64,000 nt of DNA from the NCBI RefSeq assembly GCF_006345805.1, contig NC_043016.1, positions 28,954,001 through 29,018,000 of the forward strand, in the 5' to 3' direction. Shown in pieces: positions 12,791 to 24,082 of this stretch. The position numbers and the translations under genes are program-made. The notes below the pieces were generated by a model that worked only from the letters and a program-made list of their open reading frames with translations, was not told where the DNA came from and did not search any database. Origin of the DNA: Octopus sinensis. Taxonomy: Eukaryota. Numbering within the stretch: position 1 is the first letter of the stretch; each line of letters starts with the position of its first letter.

Positions 12791-15066
12791 ACAAATTGAG
12801 ATATGGGTTGTAAATGCAACCCTCCATGGATAACATATATCCAATATACTGCTAGTGAAGTACCAACAAAGTTAATACAAAATGTTAAGGATTGCGATGC
12901 AATCAATTCATTTACTGTATTATAGGGCAAAGGTAATATGATTTACCACAAATTACTAATACAAGATAAGAAAATGGAGAAATACATCTAAATCAAAATC
13001 AATTACCAGATAATACTCAATCACATACTTTATTAAACCACCACATAAGAGACTGTAGGGTTAAGCATAAAAAAGCAGAACAAATCAGTGTACATAAAGG
13101 AATGTACATAAAAAAGTGTACATAAAAGAGTAATGTTGTATAATAAGTAGAATATATATAAAAAAGAGAATATAAATATAAGTATAGATTACATCTTACA
13201 GCTGTTTCGGCCATGTAGATAAGTATGTCTCATTTTACCAATATTAGCCTTTTATGGTAGGTCAATATACAGATATAAATGAGACATTTACAAAAATAGC
13301 ATAAGGCCTCCTCGGAGATATACATATGAGTGCATATACATATAAAAATATACATATACATAATAATGTAAATAAATAATATAAATTAGTAAACATATAT
13401 ATGTTCCACATTCAACGTTTTAGTTCTTCAGCTTAATATTGTGATAATAAACATACACATATTAGTACCTAGATGCAAACATACATAGTCAATAGTACAT
13501 TATATTACTACCTACTAATTTCCAAAGTGTCATTAAAGTTAGCATCATTATCGTTGTCAATACCATTAATGCTACCATTATTATCATACGTAATATTATT
13601 AATAACGCTTACATTAGGATCCGAAGTGGCACATATGTATGTCCGGGTTCCAGTTAGTAATTTTCCTTATGACATAAATACACTATTGGATTTGAATTTA
13701 AATTATCATTGTCTACCTCATGGTTGGTCCGTTGAGAGCCGCCCGACCTCCACCACACCGCACAAGAAAAACATACACATCCAACCCTAAACCCACATGT
13801 CTACATAAAAACCCACACACACATGAATACACCCCGACACATCCCTACGCATTCACTAGATGTGTTTTTCTTATACATATGAATACGCAGGTGCGTATTT
13901 GGATATGTATATATGTATATGCAAATATTTATTCATGGGTGGATATAAGTATAGATTTTATTTGTACAGACATATATTTAAATATGTATATATGTGTGTG
14001 CGAATGTTCCCTGATACAGTATATGAGAGTCTATTAATATTTATGAGTATATGCGGATGTGCGTGTGAGTGTGTGTTAGTGTATAGACACTGCTGCCTAT
14101 ACTGATTTGTCTATAATCCATGCGATGACAGACATGCACTCTGCAATCTAGTGAATGCGTAGGGATGTGTCCGGGTATATTCATGTGTGTGTGGGTTTTT
14201 ATGTGGACGTGTGGGTTTAGGGTTGGATGTGGATGTGTATGTTTTTCTTGTGCGGTGTGGTGGAGGTCGGGTGGCTCTCAACGGACCAACCATGAGGTAG
14301 ACAAGGATAATTTAAATTCAAATCCAATAGTGTATTTATGTCATAAGGAAAATTACTAAATGGAACCCGGACATACATATGTGCCACTTCAGATCCTAAT
14401 GTAAGCGTTATTAATAATATTACGTATGATAATAATGGTAGCATTAATGGTATTGACAACGATAATGATGCTAACTTTAATGACACTTTGGAAATTAGTA
14501 GGTAGTAATATAATGTACTATTGACTATGTATGTTTGCATCTAGGTACTAATATGTGTATGTTTATTATCACAATATTAAGTTGAAAAACTGAAACGTTG
14601 AATATGGAACATATATATGTTTACTAATTTATATTATTTATTTACATTATTATGTATATGTATATTTTTATGTGTATAGGAGTGTGAGTATATGCCCTCA
14701 TATGTATATCTCCGAGGAGGCCTTATGATATTTTTGTAAATGTCTCATTTATATCTGTATATTGACCTACCATAAAAGGCTAATATTGGTAAAATGAGAC
14801 ATACTTATCTACATAGTCGAAACAGCTGTAAGAAGTAATCTATATTTATATTTATATTTACTTATATTTATATTCTCTTTTTTATATATATTCTACTTAT
14901 TATACAACATTACTCTTTTATGTACACTTTTTTATGTACACTGATTTGTTCTGCTTTTTTACGTTTAACCCTACAATCTCTTATGTGGTGGTTTAATAAA
15001 GTATGTGATTGAGTATTATCTGGTAATTGATATTTGATTTAGATGTATTTCTCCATTTTCTTATCT

Positions 15067-15070
<4 letters not shown>
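12791..15070. mobile_element. Penelope-like element fold-back, locus 1 (inverted pseudo-LTR arms 12960-13861 and 14146-15070)
   Basis: ~900-bp inverted arms around a ~280-bp spacer; same family as 32779-36646, which carries a GIY-YIG remnant. HHR-like motif in each arm (13191-13321 -, 14706-14836 +, core CCGAGGA). Bounded by (TA)n tracts. Confidence 0.85.
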
Positions 15071-15104
<34 letters not shown>

Positions 15105-16289
15105 AAAAAATTTAGGAATGGGAATGGTAAATAAAACTACATATGTTTCATAGCTAAACAGTATTTGTTACATAACTTGTGTCACACACAAAACCTTTTT
15201 ATCTAATCCCGAAATCCAATTAATTTTGAGTTGTTTATATTGCCCCATGAAGATGAGTGAACGATTCACCAATTTACTCACAGGACAAACGGCAAATGAA
15301 AAAAAAAATCAAAATTAAATTACCAAGGAGATCAATTTTTTTGTTGGCAAGTAGCCATAAAAGGAAAAAGTGTGGGTATGTTTACTGATGTGAATTTACC
15401 GAAGAAGAAAGAGGTTAGGTAGTGGTGAGGGATAAGAGAGACTCAAGTTGGGGCAATAAAATCATTAACTTTGGTGTTGAAAAGATCATCATCATCTTTT
15501 AATGTCTATTTTTCCATGCTGGCATGGGTTAGATAGTTTGACTGAAGCTGATAAGATGCAGAGCTACACCAGGCTCCTCTCTGTTTTGGCTTGGTTCCTT
15601 TGACTGGATGCCCTTCCTAATGTCAACCACTCCAATAAGTATTTTGGGTGTCCTTTACATGTCACTGGCATTGGTGATTTTTATGTGGCCAGCACTGGCC
15701 ACAACCATGATTTCACTTAGCTTGACTTATTTTCTCAGGCATAGCAAATCACCACAAGTCTCATTCACTTGTTCTTGCCGCCATTTGACTCAGATCTGAA
15801 TGAATATTATTAAGCTATGTGGTAAACCTGGACAGCAAAATAAGGTAATTTACAGTAAGTAACATTCTTAACAAAGGAGTAATAAAAAGCATGCATAGAA
15901 ATTTCATGAGAAAAAAGTATATAAACAAGAAAAAAAATTTTAATGTAACAGAAAGATAAGACAGTAAGATTCAAAATGAAGGCAGTGGAACTAACAATGC
16001 ATAAAAATATTGTATGAAAAATATATTTAAAAAAAGGTTAAAAGATGAGAAAGCCAACTATACAAAAATTGCGTACAACATTAAAGATTATTAAGTTAAT
16101 TTTCAAATACATAAATGAATATACACACATACTTACATACATAAGTATGTATATATACATACATACGTATATATAACTGGAGAATCAAAGTTTATACATA
16201 TATATATGTTTGTGTATATATATATATATGTTTGTGTATATATATATATATGTTTGTGTATATATATATATATGTTTGTATATATATAT

Positions 16290-16715
16290 ATATAGGGAAA
16301 GTTCACGAAAAAAACAAAAGACGAAGACAGGTAGTGTACAAAACAAACAGATGTATTAGTATAACGCTCAAGAATTGAGAAAGTCTTTTGTTTCGAGCCT
16401 ACGCTCTTCTACAGAAAGGGACACAAAAAAAAAAAACAAGGAGAGAAACAAATTTTAATTAAGCGGAAAATGGGCAAAAACTTTTGATCAACAGGAAAAT
16501 TAACTACCATCAGTTATTTTTTAATGCAAAACTTTAGCTTTGCTAACAGCTGTTTCTGCTACCTATGTCAGTTGGTGCTGCAAAAGAAAATTATGAGAAC
16601 TGACATAGGTAGCAGAAACGGCTGTTAGGAATGTTAATGGTTTGTATTAAGAAATAATAACTGATGGTAGTCAATTTGTTGATGAAAAGTTTTCTCCATT
16701 TTCTGCTTAATTTTA
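16290..16715. mobile_element. PLE-like terminal fragments: degenerate HHR (-, ~16385-16430) and a short fold-back (~16460-16572 / ~16598-16715)
   Basis: Minus strand CTTT-CTGTAGA-A-GAGCGTAGGCTC-GAAAC-AAAAG. The fold-back arms carry only the GAAACAGCTGTT 3' half of an HHR. Confidence 0.6.
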
Positions 16716-17205
16716 ATTTGATTCCTGATAAATTCCTGTTTATTTCATTATTGCCTGTATCCTATGAGCATTAACATAGGTAATTTATGCCAGTAGTAAA
16801 ATGGATATTCTTATCACTTAGACAGTTATTCCAACTGCTAACTCTACTTACCTATCTATATATATATATATATAAAGTTAATCCAAACATGAAAACAAAC
16901 AATGCAAGGACGTGGAACAAGTATAGTGTTATTGAAGCTCAGGAAGGAAAGAAAGTATATGTATTATATGTATGTATATATATGCTTATATATATATATA
17001 TATATACATGTATGTATATATATATGTATGTATATATATACATGCATGTATATATATATACATGCATGTATATTATATATATATATATATAAAGTTAATC
17101 CAAACATGAAAACACAACAATGCAAGGACGTGGAACAAGTATAGTGTTATTGGAAGCTCAGGAAGGAAAGAAAGTATATGTAATATATGTATGTATATAT
17201 ATGCT

Positions 17206-17236
<31 letters not shown>

Positions 17237-17529
17237 ATATATATATGTATGTATATATATACATGCATGTATGTATATATATACATGCATGTATATAATA
17301 TATATATATATATATACATGTATGTATATATACATATGTATATATATATACATGTATGTATATATACATATGTATATATATACATGCATGTATATATACA
17401 TATGTATATATATACATGCATGTATATATACATATGTATATATATACATGCATGTATATATACATGTATGTATATATATACATGTATGTATATATTTGTA
17501 TATATATATGCATATATATGTATATATGC

Positions 17530-17801
17530 CAGTGTCGCTTAACTGGCTCCTGTGCAGGTGGCACATAAAATGTACCATTTGAGCATGGTCGATACCAGTA
17601 CCACATGACTGGCCCTAGTGCCGGTAGCACATAAAATCACCCACTAAAGTCAGATTGGTTGGCGTTAGGAAGGGCATCCAGCTGTAGAAACTTTGCTAGA
17701 TCAGATTGGAGCCCGGTGCAGCCTTCTGGTTTGCCAGTCCTCAGTCAAACCATCCAACCCATACAAGCATGGAAAGAGGATGTTAAATGATGATGATGAT
17801 G
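17530..17801 (+). mobile_element. RTE-type LINE 3' tail fragment
   Basis: GGTTGGCGTTAGGAAGGGCATCCAGCTGTAGAAA motif with a (GAT)n tail. The same tail appears at ~4100-4260, 12118-12300, 15485-15790, 21175-21520, 50988-51262, 52370-52490, 53040-53310 and 54085-54330, and is linked to RTE ORF ends at 30575-31645 and 51314-52250. Confidence 0.75.
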
Positions 17802-18589
17802 ATATATATGTATGTATGTATGTGTATATATATATATATATGTGTGTGTGTATATGTATATATAATATATATATATATGTATATATATGTATGTATATAT
17901 ATATGAATATTATGTATATATGTATGTATGTATGTATATATATATATATGTATATATATATACATGTATGTATATATACATATGTATGTATATATGTATG
18001 TTTATATGTATATATATATATGCATGTATATATATATGCATGTATATATATATATGCATGTATATATATATGTATGAATGTGTGTATATATGTATGTATA
18101 TATATGTATATGTATGTATATATGTGTATATGCATCATGCATACACACATACCCACATACATACACACACTGCACACAAAACGCACACAAACACACAATA
18201 TATGCATGCTTGCAAGCACACATACTTCAAACTACCAGTGAAATACCTTTCTACTGACAATTCTCCTATGCACATGTATAGGGAGACACACAACAGACAG
18301 CCACTCCTACCAAAATTCTTACTATAAATTCTTCCTACAACCTTTAGTGACACTAAGTCCAACCACAAACGTACATAAACAGCCATAACCACACACACAT
18401 ACGTACATACGCTGTTATCATTACACACACACACACACACCTGCACGCACGCATGTGCACACACATCCTTCTCTTACACTCACCTGTCTTAGAAAGAACT
18501 TTTTCTTCACCCATTCCCTTCCGGTCATTTCAAAATGTGACTGTGTGTGTATCGTTGGCAATTTTCTTTGCCCGTCTTCCCTTCTTTAG

Positions 18590-18745
18590 ACTTTTTCTAT
18601 ATGTCTGATGAAGAGCTCTGCTCGAAACATGAAGTCCTCTTTCTTTTCTTTCCTATTCTGAGCGTCCAATAACACAGTACTTGTTCCACGTCCTCACGTT
18701 GTTGTTTTTTCTTGCTTGTTCTTGTTTGGATTAACCATATTTATA
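18590..18745 (+). mobile_element. PLE-like terminal repeat with HHR-core remnant; inverted partial copies at ~16870-16955 and ~17090-17175
   Basis: CTGATGA(18605-18611)-A-GAGC-TCT-GCTC-GAAAC; stems I and III not recoverable. The downstream CTGAGCGTCCAATAACACAGTACTTGTTCCACGTCC is found in reverse in the two upstream copies. Confidence 0.55.
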
Positions 18746-18763
18746 TATATATCTTTATATACA

Positions 18764-18807
<44 letters not shown>

Positions 18808-19271
18808 GTATGTATATGTGTACATGTGTGTATATGAGCATATGTATGTATGCATATATGTTTTTATATACACACAATGAGCTTTTTTCAGTTTCTGTCT
18901 ACTATATTCAGTCAAAAGATTTTTTGTCAACCTGGAGTACAATACACTTGCCAAAGTTGCCTCACTGTAAAAATCAACCCAAAACCATGTGGTATCTCAC
19001 TTCACTGAAACTATTGGCATCTCTTACATACAGAGGCTTCATATTCCAGCTGACAGAAATAGACTTTTGCTTGTAATACAAAAATTCATGTGTACAGTTA
19101 AAGGAATGTCTGTAAGGAAGAAACAATTACTGTCACAAAATACCCACCCATTTGAGGTCTACATGATGTTAATTGAATGGTACTGAGGTTATTATCAGGT
19201 ATTTAACTCATTGATGAAAAAGAAAAAGAACCTCTGAATGCATAACATTTCTAGATAATAATAACAACAAC

Positions 19272-19315
<44 letters not shown>

Positions 19316-20453
19316 TAATAATAATAATCCTTTCTACTAAAGGCACAAGGCCTATAATTTAGGATGCAGGGACTAGTCGATTACATTACCCCTAGTGTTA
19401 CACTGGTACTTAATCTATCGACCCTGAAAGGATGAAAGGCAAAGTCAACCACGACAGAATTTGAACTCAAACGTAGAAGCAGATGAAATGCTACAAAGCA
19501 TTTCGTTCAGTGTGCTAATGATTCTGCCAGCTCACTGTCTTATTGATAATAATAGTATTAATAATAATAATAGTTATTTGATCAGAGACCATATGTTGAA
19601 ACTAACCCAATTACAGTTTGAAAAATACATAATTAGTCTTTGAAAAATATGAAAATTGTTAACTTCGCTAAAACATCATTTGGTGTGAAATATTTCCATT
19701 GCATCTAGTTACAGTGGAATCACATCAACAACCATGTTGCAGTTGGTGTGACAAAAATTTTGACACCAAATAAATGAATCTTTAATGGATTTTTACTCTT
19801 TGTGTGTGTTTGTTATTATTAAGGTGGCGAGCTGGCTGAGTCATTAGTACATCAGCAAAAATGCTCAGCAGTATTTTATCCATCTTTATGTTCTGAGTTC
19901 AAATTCCGTTGAAGTCAGCTTTGTCTTTTATTCTTTTGGGGTCGATAAAATAAGGACCAGTTAAGTACTGGGATTGATGTAATTGACTTACAACCTTCCT
20001 TAAAATTGCTGGCTTTGTACCAAATTTTGAAATCATTATTATTATTTCTGTATTAATCATATGTGCCCAAAGACATTGGGGAGTGTACAGAAGATTGAAT
20101 ACAAACCAGACTAATGGTTTCAATGAAATTCTGTATGAAGAAAATCTTAAGAATAACAAGAAAAACACAAAACTAGCTAAGAAAGGTCAGGGGTCAGTCA
20201 TCAAGGACCGATCAAGGAATCCTGCAGATACATAAGTACACTTTACCAACAAGGATGAAATACCCTTTTCCAAGCTGACATCCTCCAAATCCAAAAGCAA
20301 AAATATATATATTTATATATAAGTTCAGCCAAATTTAGATTCAAATGAATATGGTACTTAAGTTAGATGCACCAGAATTGTGTATGGTGTTATCCATATA
20401 AATCCATGGGGTGATTATAATCAAAATAAGCAACAAGAATAACTTCGCTAATT

Positions 20454-20537
20454 TGGTACGATCGTTTCACGCTACAGCATTTTATTAAATGTTTTAAGTA
20501 TTACAACAGTTTTAAAATGTTGAGCAATCATCAGCCA
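20454..20537 (-). ncRNA. Type-I hammerhead ribozyme-like motif (imperfect)
   Basis: Minus: TGG-CTGATGA-T-TGCT...AGCG-T-GAAA-CGATCG-TA-CCA. Self-complementary stem III ACGATCGT, GUA site, U.U at 10.1/11.1, short stem I. Confidence 0.55.
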
Positions 20538-20945
20538 TTAATAGAGGTTTTCCATTAATACATAATTTTCATATCAATTGATAACATTATAGAGAAGGTA
20601 GATATATAGACAAAGATGTCAATTTAAATTTTAAGAACATTAAGGTAGTAGAGTTTATCAACTGACTGAAGAATATTCAGAATATTCTTCAGTCAGTTGA
20701 ATATATATATATATTTATATATATATATGAAACTTGTCAATATATTTATAAACAGAATATGATGGATATGTATAGTGATTAACTGAATGCTATTAAGTTT
20801 GTTTTAAAGAAACGTTAGAGGATATAACGTCAAAGGTAGCCTATAGAAAGAGGAGGGGTAAAGGAAACTTAATAGCGTTCAGTTAATTACTATACATATC
20901 CTTCATATTCTGTTAAAGTGTCTTATTGACGAGTTTCATTTCTTC

Positions 20946-21029
20946 ATTTCCTGAAGCGAAGATTACATTGTTTTACACATCTTATTCCTTTGGAATAATA
21001 CCAGTGATATCTTCGAAACATGTCGGAAG
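20946..21029 (+). ncRNA. Degenerate hammerhead ribozyme (same family as 41785-41866)
   Basis: TTTC-CTGAAGC-GAAGAT...ATCTTC-GAAA-CATG-TC-GGAA; conserved A9 replaced by C. Confidence 0.55.
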
Positions 21030-21072
21030 TAAAAGAATTTGAATAACACCCGTATTTAAATCTATTTATATA

Positions 21073-21114
<42 letters not shown>

Positions 21115-21517
21115 TATACACATATTCATATATATTCTATATGTGTATGTATATATATATATATATATTTATATCATAGTCATCATCGTTTAACACCCAG
21201 TTTACAATGCAGGCATGGGTTGGACGGTTTGACTGAGGAGTGGCAAGCCAGAAGGCTGCACCAGGCTCCAATCTGATCTGGCAAAGTTTCTACAGCTGGA
21301 TACCCTTCCTAACGCCAACCATTCCAAGATGCTTTTATGTGCCATCTGCACGAGAGCCATTCAGGTGGTACTGGCAACGACCACACTCAAAAGGTGTTTT
21401 TTACATGCCACCTGCACAGGAGCCAGTCAGTGACCCTGGCAACGATCATGCTTGGATGATGCTTTTAATGTTCCATTGGCATGAGTGCCAATCAGGCAGT
21501 ACTGTCATTGGCCATGT

Positions 21518-21554
<37 letters not shown>

Positions 21555-21599
21555 GTATATATTTATATATATTGGCATATATATATACATATGTATGTA

Positions 21600-21647
<48 letters not shown>

Positions 21648-21710
21648 ATATACACATATGTATGTGTATATATGTCTGTATGTGTGTGTATATATATATA
21701 TATATGTATG

Positions 21711-21757
<47 letters not shown>

Positions 21758-21843
21758 ATGTATATATATATATATATGCACGTATATATATAAAAGATAT
21801 ATATATATTTAGATATGCATATATATACATATATACACACACG

Positions 21844-21886
<43 letters not shown>

Positions 21887-21892
21887 GTGTAT

Positions 21893-21941
<49 letters not shown>

Positions 21942-22357
21942 TATGTATTTTTGTATGCATTCCTCCCATGGAAATGACCTGAGACTCTAAGGAATGGTTT
22001 ATAATAATGTTCCAAGTTCATGACCACAGTACTAGTAGTTTAGAAATGATAAAATAAATACCTAAATTCCAGTTATATATTAGGGTTGATTCAACTTCGA
22101 AATGCCCGGAAACTGATGGCTGAAGCGATCATTATCATCATCATCATCATTATTAATAATAATTATAATAAGGCAGTGAGTTTGTAGAAACATTAGTGTA
22201 CCATGAAAAATGACTTGCTGTTTTTTTTTCCAGTTCTTTATAGCCCAATTTCAAATCTCACTGCAGTCAACTTTGCCTTTCATATTTCTTGGGCCATATA
22301 CTGTAAAACAATGGTTGATTATAATACAGTTCTATATTTAAGAGATGAAAAATTATG

Positions 22358-22669
22358 TACATTATTTACATTCGATGGATGTTTTGTCCCCATCTTGTTT
22401 GTTGTTAGCACGTTTTGGCTGATATAACCTTCAGCCTTCATCAGGTGTCTTGGAGAAATTTTGAATCTGGGTTCTCATTCCTAATGCATTTTTTGATGTT
22501 ATTATTATTATTATTATTATTCAGGCCATTTCTTGGAATCGATCTCGTAATCTTGGAGTTAGTAGCCCACGCTATTAACCACTGTGCCATATGCCCATGG
22601 GCATATGGCATAGTGGTTAAGTGCGCAGGTTACTAACCCAAAGATTCTGAGTTCTATTCCAAGAAGTGA

Positions 22670-22715
<46 letters not shown>

Positions 22716-22868
22716 TGCAACAACATCGAAAAATACTTTAGGAATGAGAACCCAGGTTCGAAATTTCTCCAAGACACCAGATAACTGCTGGAGGGTATAT
22801 CAGCCGAAATGTTGTGTTTACAATAAACAAGATGAGGACAAATATCCGTCAAATGTAAATAATGTAAA
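22358..22868. mobile_element. Head-to-head palindrome of a tRNA-head + (AAT)n + hammerhead-ribozyme SINE-like unit
   Basis: Symmetry centre 22597/22598 (GCCCA|TGGGC). Each arm reads A box TGGCAYAGTGG, a B-box-like motif, (AAT)n, then an HHR. The arm consensus is ACAC-CTGATGA-A-GGCTG-loop-CAGCC-GAAAC-GTT-GTGT; each copy carries different core mutations. Confidence 0.8.
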
Positions 22869-23737
22869 TGGTTGATTATATTGACTAACCTTGTCTCCCA
22901 AGACTGCTCTCCTTGTGCCTAAATTAGAAACCTTTATTGTTATTGCTGCTTACATGGTAGTGAGAATGGTAACAAATATCTGTGGTGTTTTGTTTCTGGT
23001 TTCAAATGAAATGAGAAATTAAAAGCTCCATTTACGTACTGGTCTCAGTTGATTCAGTTATAACCCTGTCCTGAAATGTGTAGTCTCATAGTAAATTGTA
23101 GAGTACATTACTACATAGTTGAGTACAGTTCTAAGTTATAGAGTACCATACTAAATAGTAGAGTACCAGCCAAAAAAATCTAAACAATCTAGCTCTGATA
23201 CATTATATTTTTACTTCTACTGCTTCTAGTGTTGGGGTTTTGTCTCCAAGAAATTTATATGCCAGATTTTAACTAAAATGTTGAGAAGCAATAGGTAGAA
23301 TTGGTAGAGCAGGTGACAAAAAAACAAAAAGTTTTGCAGTATTTAGTTGTGATTCTTTATATTCTGTTAAAGTCCTTCCGAGGCTCAATTTGTCATTTTT
23401 TTTCAGAAGTTGATAAAATTGAGTACCAGTCACGTACTGGGGTCCGTATAATTGATTGGCCCTTAACCCTGCAAAAAATGTACAGTATTGTATGTGTGGA
23501 ATTATTATTATTATTATCATTATCAAGTAGTGAGCCGGCAGAATGTTTAGCAACATTGGACATGATGCTTGGTAGAGCTTTTTAGATTCTAAATTCAAAT
23601 ACTCCAGGGGGTCGGGTCAACTTTGTCTTTCATCTTGCCACGGTAATAAAACAACATACAAGTCAAGTGATGAACTTACCCCAACCCCCCAAAAATCCTG
23701 GCCTAGTGCCAAAATTTGAAGCCAATATTGTTTTTAA

Positions 23738-23785
<48 letters not shown>

Positions 23786-24044
23786 CATCAAAGTTAAAAC
23801 AGTGTTACTAAAAGTTATTTTTGTATTGCAATTGTTAGATATATTACATATCAAATGAAATTATATGTATTTTTTTAATTTTCAATTTGATCCCAGTTAT
23901 AAATAATATGAAATGCTTTAATGTAAGACCTAATTGGTGACCAATCACTGGTCAATGAGAGAAGTTGAATGTCATGCGGTTTCGTTAACTTACTATTGTA
24001 TATTATAAACATTGATCCTTAAAATATATAAAGATGTATATATA

Positions 24045-24082
<38 letters not shown>

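Noticed and set aside
13473-14540. Repeated 105-107-aa ORF MQTYIVNSTLYY... (also 33499-33822) suggesting a small gene family
   Set aside because: It lies in the antisense arm of the Penelope pseudo-LTR, so the repetition reflects the repeat; no protein features.
16787-18464. Long Y/I/M/C/V/H/T-rich ORFs (also at 21240-21990, 25752-26177, 26908-27455, 37752-39315, 52721-53512 and 54896-55392)
   Set aside because: They are translations of (TA)n, (TATG)n and (CA)n microsatellites, which lack stop codons in several frames.
20045-20236. ~60-codon open frame (HWGVYRRLNTNQTNGFNEILYEENLK...) as a possible exon
   Set aside because: No convincing splice sites or recognisable homology.
22598-22670. 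Possible tRNA gene (also the heads of SINE families 1-3)
   Set aside because: No acceptor stem and imperfect arms; these are SINE heads.
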